Source: Psychrobacter cryohalolentis K5 (GTDB lineage: Bacteria > Pseudomonadota > Gammaproteobacteria > Pseudomonadales > Moraxellaceae). Taken from it: 32,000 nt of DNA. Position 1 is the first letter of the stretch; the number at the start of each line of letters is the position of its first letter. The translations under genes were made by a program, and so were the position numbers. This document shows, piece by piece, positions 9,424-20,789 of this stretch. The notes under the pieces were generated by a model. It did no database searches. It saw only the letters and a list, made by a program, of their open reading frames with translations, and had not been told where the DNA came from. The DNA lies in NCBI RefSeq assembly GCF_000013905.1, contig NC_007969.1:270001-302000 (forward strand). The letters are read 5' to 3'.

Positions 9424-10254
9424 TCAGCGCCGACGTAGGAGCAATTGCGAGATAACCACCAAAATTAACGAAGCGACGAGTAAAATCGTCCCAATGGCAT
9501 TGACCTCGGGTTTAAGACCCACACGTACCATAGAATAAATACGTAGCGGCAATATCTCATAGCTAGGACCGGTGACAAAGGTCGATACCACCACATCATC
9601 GAGCGATAAGGTAAAAGCAAGGAGCCAACCTGCCATCACCGCAGGGAAAATCACCGGAATCAATACTGTCCGTACCATTGTTGATTCGCTAGCACCCAAA
9701 TCTCGCGCCGCTTCCATTAAACGCTCATCCAAACTACTTAAGCGCGCAAAGACAGTTATAACGACAAACGGCAAGCAAAACGTAATGTGCGCCAATAATA
9801 GCGAGACAAAACCCAGCTGTAGCCCAATTAATAAAAACAGTGCCAGGAGCGATATCGCTAAGACAATCTCAGGCGACATCATTAGCACAAATAACAAGCC
9901 ATTTAGCAGCCCTTTACCACGAAAGTCATAGCGATGTAACGCCAGTGCGGTCAGTGTACCGATGATGGTTGAGACTGTAGCGGCAACCAAACCTAATAAA
10001 ATCGAATGCCAAAAAGCATCTAACATCGCCTGATTATTGAGTAATGACTCATACCACTTTAAACTAAAGCCGCCCCAATTATAGCCAATTTTTGACTTAT
10101 TAAATGACATCACTACCAATACTATGATGGGTAGATATAATAAAGTATAAATCAGCCCAAGGTAGCCTTTGGCGACGATATTGCCAAACCTTATGGGATT
10201 TTTGTTTTTCGGCGATTTGTTATTTGTTGAGCCATTTAGTGAACTATCAGACAT
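9424..10254 (-). CDS. potC: Spermidine/putrescine ABC transporter permease PotC
   Basis: Six-TM ABC permease with the EAAxDLGAS loop (MEAARDLGASESTM). Its ATG overlaps the potB stop (TAATG). Confidence 0.85.
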   Translation of the reverse strand: MSDSSLNGSTNNKSPKNKNPIRFGNIVAKGYLGLIYTLLYLPIIVLVVMSFNKSKIGYNWGGFSLKWYESLLNNQAMLDAFWHSILLGLVAATVSTIIGTLTALALHRYDFRGKGLLNGLLFVLMMSPEIVLAISLLALFLLIGLQLGFVSLLLAHITFCLPFVVITVFARLSSLDERLMEAARDLGASESTMVRTVLIPVIFPAVMAGWLLAFTLSLDDVVVSTFVTGPSYEILPLRIYSMVRVGLKPEVNAIGTILLVASLILVVISQLLLRRR

Positions 10255-11132
10255 TAGGCCACCTCGCTAAAGTCAGTCTTGCCGATACGGCGACTACTAG
10301 CGCGATAGGCAAGCAATAATACCGCCATAGCAAGCGTCAATAGCACACTGGCGGCCGCGCCAAATGGCCAATCACGGGCATCTAAAAACTGGTTTTTGAT
10401 AATATTACCAACGAGTAAGTTGCGTGAACCGCCCAAAATATCGGCAACATAAAACATACCCATTGCTGGCAATAGTACCAACAGCACCCCTGAGATAATA
10501 CCAGGTGTGGTTAAGGGTAGTACCACATGCCAAAAGGTTTGCGGTTTCGATGCGCCCAAATCCTGCGAGGCAAGCAGCATATCATTGCGCAAATCGCTAA
10601 ACACGGCATATAGCGGCAGCACCATAAACGGAAACAATAAATACGTTAAACCAGCAATCACTGCGCCTTGGGTATACAAAATATCAATGGGCGCATCAAT
10701 GATGCCGATTGCTAATAAGGATTTGTTAATCAAACCGTTACTAGCAAATAAGAGTTTTAGCGCATAAGTTCGTACCAAAGAGTTGGTCCAAAATGGCAAT
10801 ATTAGCATGAGCATCAACAGTGGCTGCCAGCGTTTACTGACTCGAGATACAAACCAAGCAAAGGGGTAGCCGAGTAATAAGCAGATGACCGTAGTGATGC
10901 CCGCCATCCATAATGAATGCACAAAGACATCAAAATAAAGCGGGTCAATCATGCGCACGTAGCTGTCGATAGTGACCGGCAAACTAATAAAAGCTGTGCT
11001 ATCACGGGTCAGAAAACTGACGGCAATGACCAATATATTGGGTAATAGCGCAAAGATAAGAAGCCAACCCCAAATCAGCCATAGCGTTGCCGTACGAAAA
11101 GGGCTTTTATTGCTGATGCCAGTATGTGCCAT
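10254..11132 (-). CDS. potB: Spermidine/putrescine ABC transporter permease PotB
   Basis: ABC permease with an ASQDLGASKPQTFW loop. I place the start at the ATG at 11132, which overlaps the potA stop by 1 nt (TAATG). The ORF-track start at 11180 lies inside potA. Confidence 0.85.
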   Translation of the reverse strand: MAHTGISNKSPFRTATLWLIWGWLLIFALLPNILVIAVSFLTRDSTAFISLPVTIDSYVRMIDPLYFDVFVHSLWMAGITTVICLLLGYPFAWFVSRVSKRWQPLLMLMLILPFWTNSLVRTYALKLLFASNGLINKSLLAIGIIDAPIDILYTQGAVIAGLTYLLFPFMVLPLYAVFSDLRNDMLLASQDLGASKPQTFWHVVLPLTTPGIISGVLLVLLPAMGMFYVADILGGSRNLLVGNIIKNQFLDARDWPFGAAASVLLTLAMAVLLLAYRASSRRIGKTDFSEVA

Positions 11133-12340
11133 TAGTGGATATCCTCTTCTGGCAATACCCATTCCCAACCATCGACCCACGACACTTTTACACCTTCATT
11201 AAGCTTATAGTCAAAACTTGGGTCATCTTCATCAAAGAATTCTGATGCTTTAATAATATGACCGTTCGTTAGCTCAATAATCGAGTCTAAGGTGCTGCCT
11301 TTATAATTACTTTCAATTACCCGCCCCAGTAGGCCGCCATGCTCTTTATCATTGGGATCATAAATGCGCAAATCTTCCGGACGTAGCAATAAATTGACGA
11401 TATCGCCGACTTGGACATCGTTGGCAAAATCGGGTCGACGCAGATTACGCACAGGCGTTGGTCCGTCTTGAACTTGTGCTTCGCAGACTTCAACCTCAAT
11501 ACGACCATTGGTCACGCGACCATCACGATCTGGCTGCTCAGGATAAACACCTTTGACTTCCGCTTTAAATAAATTGGTCTCGCCAATAAACTTAGCAGTA
11601 AATAAATTGGCAGGGGTTTCGTAAATCTCAATAGGCGTACCAATTTGTTGGAATCTGCCGTCTTTCATCACTGCAATGCGGTCTGACATCGACAGCGCTT
11701 CTTCTTGATCATGGGTAACGAAGACAAAAGTAATGCCAAGCTCACGTTGCAGGCGTTTGAGCTCAGACTGCATTTGTAGACGCAGCTTATGATCGAGCGC
11801 CGATAAAGGCTCATCGAGCAATAGTAATTTAGGACGATTGATGACTGCACGTGCAATCGCAACGCGCTGCTGCTGCCCACCGGATAAATCCTGCGGGCGA
11901 CGATTGGCTAAATGTTCTAGCTGTACCATCGCTAGCATCTCACGTACCCGCGTTTGAATCTCAACTTTAGGGACTTTTCGTAGCTTTAGACCATACGCCA
12001 CATTTTGCGCGACGGTCATATGCGGAAACAGCGCATATTGCTGAAACACGGTATTGACTGGACGTTTATCAGCGGGCAAGCCTGCCATCTGTACGCCATC
12101 CAAATAAATCGCCCCTGCACTTGGCTGCTCAAATCCTGCAATCAGTCGTAGTAAGGTAGTTTTACCGCAGCCTGAAGGACCGAGTAAGGTAATAAACTCG
12201 CCATGCTTGATATCAAGATTGATGTCTTTTAAGACCTCAGTATTATCATAGGTTTTCTTTAGACCGGTCAGTTGTAGCAATACCTTATCAGTGTTTGCTG
12301 ATGCAGGAGTAGTCAGTGGCGTTAAAAGTGATTCGGTCAT
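11132..12340 (-). CDS. potA: Spermidine/putrescine ABC transporter ATPase PotA
   Basis: Walker [24 protein letters not shown] signature, Walker [12 protein letters not shown]. The C-terminal regulatory domain aligns to E. coli PotA (LLRPEDLR, NYKGxTLxSxxELxNG, SEFFxEDDPxFD). The ATG at 12340 has an AGGAA SD. Confidence 0.9.
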
Positions 12341-12789
12341 AATGATTCCTAGATTACCGACATACATACTAAAATATCAGTGTCAGTCTGAACGCTGTAT
12401 ACGTTAGACATGATGATTTAGTATGTTAAAGCGATGAGTTTAACAGGGGTTGGTCGCAGGCTATTATAACAAACCTTCACTATAAGTTAGCGCAAGTTCC
12501 TTGTTGGTTGGTTGACCCTATAGCTATCTTGAAATAGCGATTAGAGATGAGTCTATGCTTTGTTAAATAGACCAAGTAACCACCCTTAAATTAAATAATT
12601 TTTACCATTTTTTTGAATTTATTCCTATACAATTGGTTTGCGTATGATAAATATAGAGTGATTTATAAAAGTAAGAACTTAAGTGAGGTTTGCTGAAAGC
12701 GCCAAACGATATCGAAGACTTAGACTCTATGACAGGATAGTTATAGAGCAATTTACTATGTTAACCCGTTAAATTATCAAGGATTTCTT

Positions 12790-13428
12790 ATGCCTAACAA
12801 TACACGCCCTAAAACAGGTCAGGAAGCACTGGAGCTGCTTAAGCAAGGTAATATACGCTATGTAGACAGCTTGACCAATACCGATCCCTGTATGCAAAGG
12901 CGTCCAGAATTAATCAAAGATCAAGACCCTTTAGCGATTATTTTGGGTTGTTCGGACGCACGGGTACCGGTTGAGATCGTTTTTGATCAAGGTTTAGGTG
13001 ATTTATTTGTCATACGCGTCGCAGGTAACGTAGTAGCTCCTTCACAAATTGGTTCGATAGAATTTGCTGCCGAAAAATTCAATACTAAACTGGTCGTGGT
13101 GCTTGGACATTCGCACTGCGGCGCTGTCACCGCCTGTGTTGAAACATTAATCAATCCTGAGCAAAACTACTCACCCAATCTACAATCTATCGTCGACCGT
13201 ATCCGTCCAAGTGTCTATAATCTGCATGAACTTGCGACCGCCAATGGGCAAGATGTGGATGCAGACGAGCTGGTTGATCGCTCTATACGTGCAAATGTGC
13301 GTATGTCGGTCAGTCAATTAAAGCATGGCTCGCGTGCGTTAGAGGATTTAACCAGTAGTGGTCAGCTATTGATCGTTGGTGCCGAGTACGACTTAGAAAC
13401 AGGTAAAGTGCGGTTTTTAGATACTTAA
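12790..13428 (+). CDS. Beta-class carbonic anhydrase
   Basis: CSDARV ... VIRVAGN ... GHSHCGAV zinc-ligand pattern (Cys, His, Cys) of beta-CA. AAGGA SD upstream. Confidence 0.9.
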   Translation: MPNNTRPKTGQEALELLKQGNIRYVDSLTNTDPCMQRRPELIKDQDPLAIILGCSDARVPVEIVFDQGLGDLFVIRVAGNVVAPSQIGSIEFAAEKFNTKLVVVLGHSHCGAVTACVETLINPEQNYSPNLQSIVDRIRPSVYNLHELATANGQDVDADELVDRSIRANVRMSVSQLKHGSRALEDLTSSGQLLIVGAEYDLETGKVRFLDT

Positions 13429-13524
13429 TAGTGTTCTATAGAGGCTATGCTAGAAAGACTAAGTGTTATAGGTATGATCATTTAATCTATTAGTGATTAA
13501 AAATATTTACATATAGGAATAATC

Positions 13525-14091
13525 ATGAGTAATGATACTTTTAACAACGACCATTCAATACAAGAGCAACCTGAAAGCAGCGTAAAGGCTAATGGCGTAC
13601 AGCCTATCTCAGCGCAGACGACAGGTTATACCTTTAACCATACGATGCTGCGTGTTAAAGATCCTGTGAAGTCTTTAGCGTTTTATACTGGTGTCTTAGG
13701 TATGACGTTACTGGCAGTCAAAAAATTCCCAGCCATGGGTTTTGATTTGTACTTTTTAGCCAAGCTGACTGAGAGTGAACGTGAAAACTTGCCGTCAGGT
13801 AATGATTTAGAGATTTTTGCCTTCCGTCAGCGTGGCATTTTGGAATTGACTCATAACTATGGTACCGAAACAAAAGTGGACTTTAGCTATCATGATGGCA
13901 ATCAAGAACCACAAGGGTTTGGTCATATTTGTTTTAATGTGCCTGATCTCAATGCAGCGGTAGCTTGGTTTGATGAAAACAATGTCGAATTCAAAAAACG
14001 TCCAGATGAAGGCAGCATGAAAAATATTGTCTTTATTAAAGATGTTGATGGTTATTGGATTGAAATCGTACAAGCAGACTTGATGGCTTAA
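13525..14091 (+). CDS. gloA: Lactoylglutathione lyase (glyoxalase I), long eukaryote-like form
   Basis: TMLRVKDPxKSLxFYTxVLGMTL, LELTHNxGTE, YHxGNxxPxGFGHIxxxVPD and DGYWIEI blocks match human-type GLO1 closely. Confidence 0.9.
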   Translation: MSNDTFNNDHSIQEQPESSVKANGVQPISAQTTGYTFNHTMLRVKDPVKSLAFYTGVLGMTLLAVKKFPAMGFDLYFLAKLTESERENLPSGNDLEIFAFRQRGILELTHNYGTETKVDFSYHDGNQEPQGFGHICFNVPDLNAAVAWFDENNVEFKKRPDEGSMKNIVFIKDVDGYWIEIVQADLMA

Positions 14092-14113
14092 TTGATTCAT
14101 AAGTTAAGCGAAT

Positions 14114-14150
14114 AAAAAAGCCACCTTATTGTTTGATAGGGTGGCTTTTT
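14114..14150. terminator. Bidirectional terminator between gloA (+) and cytochrome c-prime (-)
   Basis: AAAAAGCCACCTTAT ... ATAGGGTGGCTTTTT hairpin with flanking A-run and T-run. Confidence 0.8.
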
Positions 14151-14171
14151 ATATTGCTAAAGGATTCTTAT

Positions 14172-14642
14172 TTAGTCTTTTTCGACTTGGAAATCCGTAT
14201 GGCAAGATTTACAGCTGTCGCCAACAGGTTTAAAAGCTGGCATCACATCGTCAATGCTAGTTGCTGTCTGTGCAGCAGCGCTTAGCTCAGCAGTGACCTT
14301 TTGGAAATTCTCTGCTTCAGCTTTAAAGCCATCAACATTTGACCAAACCTCTGCTTTGGCATTGCCAGCGGCGTCTTTATTATTAAAATGGCTCCAAGGA
14401 TTTTTAGACTCTTCTGCTAAAAATGCCGCCTGCTCTTTGAAAACGTCAGCATCAAAAGTATCCGGCTCTTTTGCCATGCCACCCATAACCTTCATTGCAT
14501 CACCGAAGTTCTTCATGATGTCCTGACGAGCTTTGACATCAGGGTCTACTGGTGTACTACAAGCCGTCAGTCCTAAAGTGGCTGCCATCAAAGTAATAGC
14601 AAAGATAGATTTTAATGATTTTTGATTCGATACCTGAGTCAT
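14172..14642 (-). CDS. Cytochrome c-prime (class II c-type cytochrome), lipoprotein-type signal
   Basis: About 130-aa helical mature protein with a single CKSCH heme site a few residues from the C-terminus, the class II cytochrome c hallmark. N-terminal signal with LTAC lipobox. AAGGAG SD upstream. Confidence 0.78.
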   Translation of the reverse strand: MTQVSNQKSLKSIFAITLMAATLGLTACSTPVDPDVKARQDIMKNFGDAMKVMGGMAKEPDTFDADVFKEQAAFLAEESKNPWSHFNNKDAAGNAKAEVWSNVDGFKAEAENFQKVTAELSAAAQTATSIDDVMPAFKPVGDSCKSCHTDFQVEKD

Positions 14643-15120
14643 GAGTAGTGCTCCTTTTTACGTTGCTAATAAAAAGGTGGCGTAGCATATGCATGCTCGT
14701 CACCTGATTAAATGGCTACTATTAAAATAAATTTTATCCGATATTTTTAATATATTTTCTTTATTAACATTCGAAAATATTGTTTTTCATGATGCTTAAA
14801 TTACGTACTATCCTATATTAAACAGCAAGCAGCTTAAGTAGCATAGGGCGAAACCGTGAGTTTTTGTAAAATAGATTAAATATTCTCATAAATTGGTTTT
14901 AAATAATCGCTTTCGTTAAGCTATAGTAGATACACTTTTAAAAGAATACAGTGCTACTGGGATTAATTATTCGCAGCCTCTGTCTACATAGGCACAGTAA
15001 GCAAGAAAAATTGATACCAGTAGTACCTTATAATTTTTGTATTTCTTTTATTCAAGACTGACTATATAAATTGCCGTCCTAAAAATTATCATTACTTATT
15101 TTGAATAATGCTTTATTTAA

Positions 15121-15155
15121 AATAAAAAAGGTCAGCATGATTAGCTGACCTTTTG
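15121..15155 (-). terminator. Rho-independent terminator downstream of hemF
   Basis: GGTCAGC/GCTGACC 7-bp stem (15130-15136 and 15144-15150), followed on the minus strand by TTTTTT. Confidence 0.75.
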
Positions 15156-15216
15156 AACAATAAAATGATTTATATCAAAACCAATAAATACTAGTAAGTT
15201 ATTATGCCAATCCCGA

Positions 15217-16245
<1,029 letters not shown>

Positions 16246-16920
16246 CTATTTATTAAGGTGTAGGGTGGTATTAAAATCTGTGTCTAATAGATGACCCATA
16301 CGATCGCGCTTGGTCGCTAGATATTCAGCATTCATATCATTCACCCCAACGACTAATGGCACCCGCTCAATGACATCGATACCATGCTCGGTTAAGTAAG
16401 CGACTTTACTAGGATTATTGGTGATAAGGCGCACAGCATTAACGCCTACATGAGCAAGCATCGGTCCGCACATATCATAGATACGCGCATCAGCAGGCAA
16501 CCCCAACATAAGGTTGGCATCTAGAGTATCGTGACCTTGATCTTGTAAGGCGTAAGCACGGATTTTATTGGTCAGACCGATGCCGCGCCCTTCTTGGCGC
16601 AGATATAAAATCGCCCCGCAGCCCGTTTTTTGTATCGCATCCATAGCGGTATTTAGCTGTGGGCCGCAATCACATTTTAAGGAGCTAAAAGCGTCACCAG
16701 TTAAGCACTCAGAATGAATTCTTATTAAAGGAATAGGGCGTTCTGATAAAGCATCATCTTTTTGATTTAAGCTGCTGTCGGCAATATCCGTTTGATCAAA
16801 CACAGGCAGACCTACCGTCAGCATCACATGCTCTTGACCCTCATCATTCTCAAAGATATGAATATCAAACTCGCCGTGACGAGTAGGCAATTTGGCGCTA
16901 GTAATAAATTGATATGACAT
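16246..16920 (-). CDS. ribA: GTP cyclohydrolase II
   Basis: [21 protein letters not shown], [25 protein letters not shown] and MGHLL blocks match RibA. The ATG at 16920 gives an N-terminus matching E. coli. Carries an insertion of about 19 aa before the HSEC block. Confidence 0.9.
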   Translation of the reverse strand: MSYQFITSAKLPTRHGEFDIHIFENDEGQEHVMLTVGLPVFDQTDIADSSLNQKDDALSERPIPLIRIHSECLTGDAFSSLKCDCGPQLNTAMDAIQKTGCGAILYLRQEGRGIGLTNKIRAYALQDQGHDTLDANLMLGLPADARIYDMCGPMLAHVGVNAVRLITNNPSKVAYLTEHGIDVIERVPLVVGVNDMNAEYLATKRDRMGHLLDTDFNTTLHLNK

Positions 16921-17352
16921 TAATGCCCTGCATAAGCTGATCATCGTGGCGCTCACTGTCTGACATAGCTTTATTATAATAGCTAAGTTCTTGTAAGCTA
17001 GCGGGTTTGCAAGATAGTATGCTAATTATATTTATTATAAAAACCACAAATTATAAAAACACACAAAGTTCACAGACGGCGCACGATGATTAAAGCGACA
17101 ATTAAAAATAAATGCTATTATGCCATACTATTTTGACGGATACAGTGACAAGTCTTTGCCCTTACATTACTATGTCGTCACTAACGTCCGGTATGGATAC
17201 AAAATAATAAGGCATAATAGCCATTATTATGACCTTTGAGGCAGCTATTAGAGCAGTCTTTAGGGTTGTCATTGAACGTTATTATCTTTATATCAAATAG
17301 CGTATTTTGGGTTATTGCAGCGATAAAAGCTGTATCACTAATTGTATAGTCG

Positions 17353-17392
17353 ATGCCATCCCTTGTATTAGCAATGATACAAAGGATGGCAT
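17353..17392. repeat. 16-bp-arm inverted repeat (stem-loop) in the ribA/dxs divergent intergenic region
   Basis: ATGCCATCCCTTGTAT (17353-17368) and ATACAAAGGATGGCAT (17377-17392) pair at 15 of 16 positions around an 8-nt loop. There is no flanking T-run on either strand, so it does not look like a terminator. Confidence 0.6.
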
Positions 17393-17483
17393 GGCTATTA
17401 TTAACGCCACTTAGACTATTGCTATTGCTAGACCTTGTCTAAGGTAGCATCTGGTCAGCAGATTGGTAGGTATCGTACGTTTT

Positions 17484-19526
17484 ATGCAGCAGTCACCTCA
17501 TTCCCCACAGTCTCAGTCATTATCTGCGTCAGCTGTTGATTCTGCTGTACCGCTATCAAAACTGCAACAAACGTATGCAGTGATTCCACGTGAGCGTCCG
17601 CAGACGCCATTGCTCGACAGTGTGGATAGTCCTGCTGATCTCAAGACTTTTAGCAGTGCTGAGCTGATTACTTTAGCCGATGAGCTAAGGCTGTTTGTAT
17701 TGTATTCAGCGGGTCAAAGCGGTGGTCATTTCGGTGCCAATTTAGGCGTGATTGAATTGACTATTGCGCTACATTATTTGCTAGACACCCCACAAGATCA
17801 GATCGTTTGGGATGTGGGTCACCAAGCGTATGCGCACAAAGTACTGACAGGTCGCCGTGATCAGTTAGGTACTATCCGCTCTAAAACTGGCTTAACGGCT
17901 TTTCCCGAACGTGCCGAATCTGTCTATGATACCTTTGGGGTTGGGCATTCATCAACGTCCATCTCAGCCGGTTTAGGCATGAGCTTAGCGCTACGCTATC
18001 AAGGGCGCGCGCAGACGGTTGCCTGTATTATCGGCGATGGGGCGATGACAGGTGGCATGGCGTTTGAAGCGATGAATGACGCGGTGCAACAAGACGCTGA
18101 TTTGATGGTGATTTTGAATGACAATGACATGTCTATATCCTGCTCGATCGGTGGCTTTTCACGGCATTTAGCAATGCTTTGGGAGTCAGGGTATCAAGTT
18201 GATATCTCTGATGCAGGCGAGCCAATATTATGTCAACGCCCTGATATGCAAGCCTTTGACCGACGTAAGCGTCATAAAGAGCAGCGCGATGTACCGCAAC
18301 TAGAAGACAATCTATTTAAGGCGATAGGCTTTACCTATTTTGGTCCTTTTGATGGTCATAATATTCCTGAGCTGCTACGTGTATTGTCGCTTGCCAAGCA
18401 AGTCAAAGGTCCAGTTCTGGTCCATATTTATACTACCAAAGGTAAAGGCTTTGCGCCTGCTGAATTAGACCCAGTCGGCTATCATGCTATTAGTAGCTTA
18501 CCTGCTGAAGATAACGCACCAAAAACTGAAAAAGCAGCGATTAAACCTTCCTTAAAGTACTCGCAAGTATTTGGACAGTTTTTATGTGACAAAGCGGCAC
18601 AAGATAAGAAGCTGCTCGCCATTACCCCAGCGATGGAAGAAGGCTCAGGGATGATTGAGTTTGCTCGTCAATTTCCAGAGCGTTTCTTTGATGTAGCGAT
18701 TGCTGAGCAACACGCTGTGACGTTGGCGGGTGGCATGGCAACACAAGGTGTAAAGCCGATTGTGGCGATTTATTCGACGTTTTTACAGCGTGGGTACGAT
18801 CAGCTGATACATGATGTTGCTTTGCAAAATCTTGATGTGATGTTCGCCATTGATCGCGCCGGCCTAGTTGGTGAAGATGGCGCTACGCATGCAGGGGTGT
18901 TTGATTTTGCCTTTTTACGCTGCGTGCCCAATATGCTGATTGCAGCGCCAAAAGATGAAAACGAATGCTATCATTTGCTCAATACTTGTTATGAATACCA
19001 AGGTTGTACCGCAGTGCGCTATCCGCGCGGTGTTGGCACTGGTGCAACTATTATACAACCAGCGCAAATTTACAACATTGGTGAGGCGGTTATAGAGTCG
19101 GTACTTGGTACAGACGATGCACCCAAGAAACTGGCATTATTGGCATTTGGTACGATGGTCGAAACGGCTCAGAAAGCCGCAGAAATGATTGCGAAATCCC
19201 CTTTATTAGCATCAAGCTGTCAGCTGCATGTGGTCAATATGCGTTGGGTGAAGCCTTTAGATACTAACTTGCTTGAAACCCTAGTCGAGCAAGGTGTTAC
19301 TCATATAGCGACTTTAGAAGAGCATATGATCATGGGCGGCGCGGGTAGTGCGGTCAATGAATACCTATTAAATGAATCGGCTGCTTTTAAAATCCATCGT
19401 CCAACTATCTGCAATATAGGTATCCCTGATCGGTTTGTTGCGCATGGCTCTCAAGCAGAACAGCTAGCAGATTGTGGTCTAGATGTGGAAGGTGTGTTCA
19501 ATCAGCTCCAAAACTTATTATCTTAA
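17484..19526 (+). CDS. dxs: 1-deoxy-D-xylulose-5-phosphate synthase
   Basis: [19 protein letters not shown], [17 protein letters not shown], [15 protein letters not shown] (TPP motif) and AIAEQHAVT blocks. The ATG at 17484 gives an S/Q-rich extension of about 32 aa. An in-frame GTG at 17580 would give an E. coli-like N-terminus. Confidence 0.93.
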   Translation: MQQSPHSPQSQSLSASAVDSAVPLSKLQQTYAVIPRERPQTPLLDSVDSPADLKTFSSAELITLADELRLFVLYSAGQSGGHFGANLGVIELTIALHYLLDTPQDQIVWDVGHQAYAHKVLTGRRDQLGTIRSKTGLTAFPERAESVYDTFGVGHSSTSISAGLGMSLALRYQGRAQTVACIIGDGAMTGGMAFEAMNDAVQQDADLMVILNDNDMSISCSIGGFSRHLAMLWESGYQVDISDAGEPILCQRPDMQAFDRRKRHKEQRDVPQLEDNLFKAIGFTYFGPFDGHNIPELLRVLSLAKQVKGPVLVHIYTTKGKGFAPAELDPVGYHAISSLPAEDNAPKTEKAAIKPSLKYSQVFGQFLCDKAAQDKKLLAITPAMEEGSGMIEFARQFPERFFDVAIAEQHAVTLAGGMATQGVKPIVAIYSTFLQRGYDQLIHDVALQNLDVMFAIDRAGLVGEDGATHAGVFDFAFLRCVPNMLIAAPKDENECYHLLNTCYEYQGCTAVRYPRGVGTGATIIQPAQIYNIGEAVIESVLGTDDAPKKLALLAFGTMVETAQKAAEMIAKSPLLASSCQLHVVNMRWVKPLDTNLLETLVEQGVTHIATLEEHMIMGGAGSAVNEYLLNESAAFKIHRPTICNIGIPDRFVAHGSQAEQLADCGLDVEGVFNQLQNLLS

Positions 19527-19894
19527 CTAATGTGGCTTAAGGTTTAAAAGACGATTAATCATCTATCTGCTACATTATAAAAATAATAAATACCCATAGT
19601 CCGTAAAAAGTTGATAAAATAGCTGTGTAAAAAATAAAGCTGTATTTTTGTGCCAAGATATCGCCTGCTTGCCGTAGGTGTGAACTATTTGACAACTTGA
19701 GCGGTGCGACTAATAACAACCATATATTGTGGTTTGCTATGTGGCTTTATTTTTCATTGATTTTATAAGTAGTGTTGGTGCTATAAGTATCTCTTACTTT
19801 ATATATTTTCTTTATTAATAAGTATCTATCGATTGGTACTTATCAATTAATATTTATCTAGTAATATCCATTTATCAAACAAGCAGGTTATTGT

Positions 19895-20722
19895 ATGGAA
19901 CCCATGGTCGTCATCGCAGCGCGTGCTGCTGAAAAAGTCGGTAAAGAAATTTTGTACGCGCATCAAAACCGTCACAAAATTGAGTTGGATATCGAGTCAA
20001 AAGGACTAGATGGTTTGGTTACTCGTATTGATCGCTTTAGTGAAGAGCTGACGATTGAGACGCTAAAAGCCAGCTATCCAAATCATTCGTATTTGGGTGA
20101 AGAGTTTGGTATGCAGGAAGGTCGCGGCGAAGATGCTGACTGGTGCTGGATTATCGATCCACTAGATGGCACTAAAAACTTCGTTCATGGCGTACCACAG
20201 TTCTGTGTGTCTATCGCCGTACAGCATAAAGGCGTGACTCAGCATGGTGTTATCTATGATCCCGTCCGTGATGAGATGTTCTCGGCTAGCCGTGGTAAAG
20301 GCGCGCGTTTAAACCAACGCCGTATCAGTGTCAGTGAGCGTAAAACGATCGATGGTGGTTTATTTACTACTGGGCATCCTCTTGAGCGTAAGCGCAATGG
20401 CGAAGTTATCTCATATGCCAAAGAGCACTACGAAAGCCTACAAAAAATCACTGAAGCGGGTGGTCAAATCCGTCGTTTAGGCTCAGCTGCTCTTGATTTA
20501 TGTTATGTGGCTGCTGGTCGTTTTGATGGCTACTTTGAGATGTCAATCAAGCCTTGGGATATCGCAGCAGGCGAGCTTATTGTCACCGAAGCACGTGGCG
20601 TGGTCGTTGATCATACTGGCGCACACAATTCGATGACATCAGGCTCTATCTTTGCTTGTAATATAAAACTGTTAAAACCTTTGATGCAAGTGGTTGTGCC
20701 AGCATGGGGCGATGCGCTTTAA
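19895..20722 (+). CDS. suhB: Inositol monophosphatase family protein SuhB
   Basis: EE...WxIDPLDGTxNF ... SAALDLxYVAAGRxDGxFE ... PWDxAAGELxV motifs align with E. coli SuhB. Confidence 0.9.
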   Translation: MEPMVVIAARAAEKVGKEILYAHQNRHKIELDIESKGLDGLVTRIDRFSEELTIETLKASYPNHSYLGEEFGMQEGRGEDADWCWIIDPLDGTKNFVHGVPQFCVSIAVQHKGVTQHGVIYDPVRDEMFSASRGKGARLNQRRISVSERKTIDGGLFTTGHPLERKRNGEVISYAKEHYESLQKITEAGGQIRRLGSAALDLCYVAAGRFDGYFEMSIKPWDIAAGELIVTEARGVVVDHTGAHNSMTSGSIFACNIKLLKPLMQVVVPAWGDAL

Positions 20723-20760
20723 TCGTCCCCTTTTAGATAGCTAAATATGACAAATAAAGA

Positions 20761-20789
20761 GCTGGTTCCGTTACGGAGCTAGCTTTTTT
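20761..20789 (+). terminator. Hairpin plus T-run at the convergent suhB / wax-ester-synthase junction
   Basis: GCTGGTTCCG-TTA-CGGAGCTAGC (8 of 10 pairs) followed by TTTTTT. The loop TTA is the complement of the WS/DGAT stop codon. Confidence 0.55.

Noticed and set aside
16680-16800. Lineage-specific insertions in housekeeping enzymes (about 19 aa in RibA before the HSEC block; about 10 aa G/S/D-rich in TsaD near 7530-7570)
   Set aside because: These are short surface-loop indels of the sort common in this kind of genome. Nothing suggests an intein, a mobile insertion or a functional novelty.
16921-17483. Possible FMN riboswitch upstream of ribA
   Set aside because: None of the conserved FMN-element segments (GGGCAGGGTGAAATTCCC / CCGACGG-type) is present on the minus strand. 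The structures seen there are simple inverted repeats.
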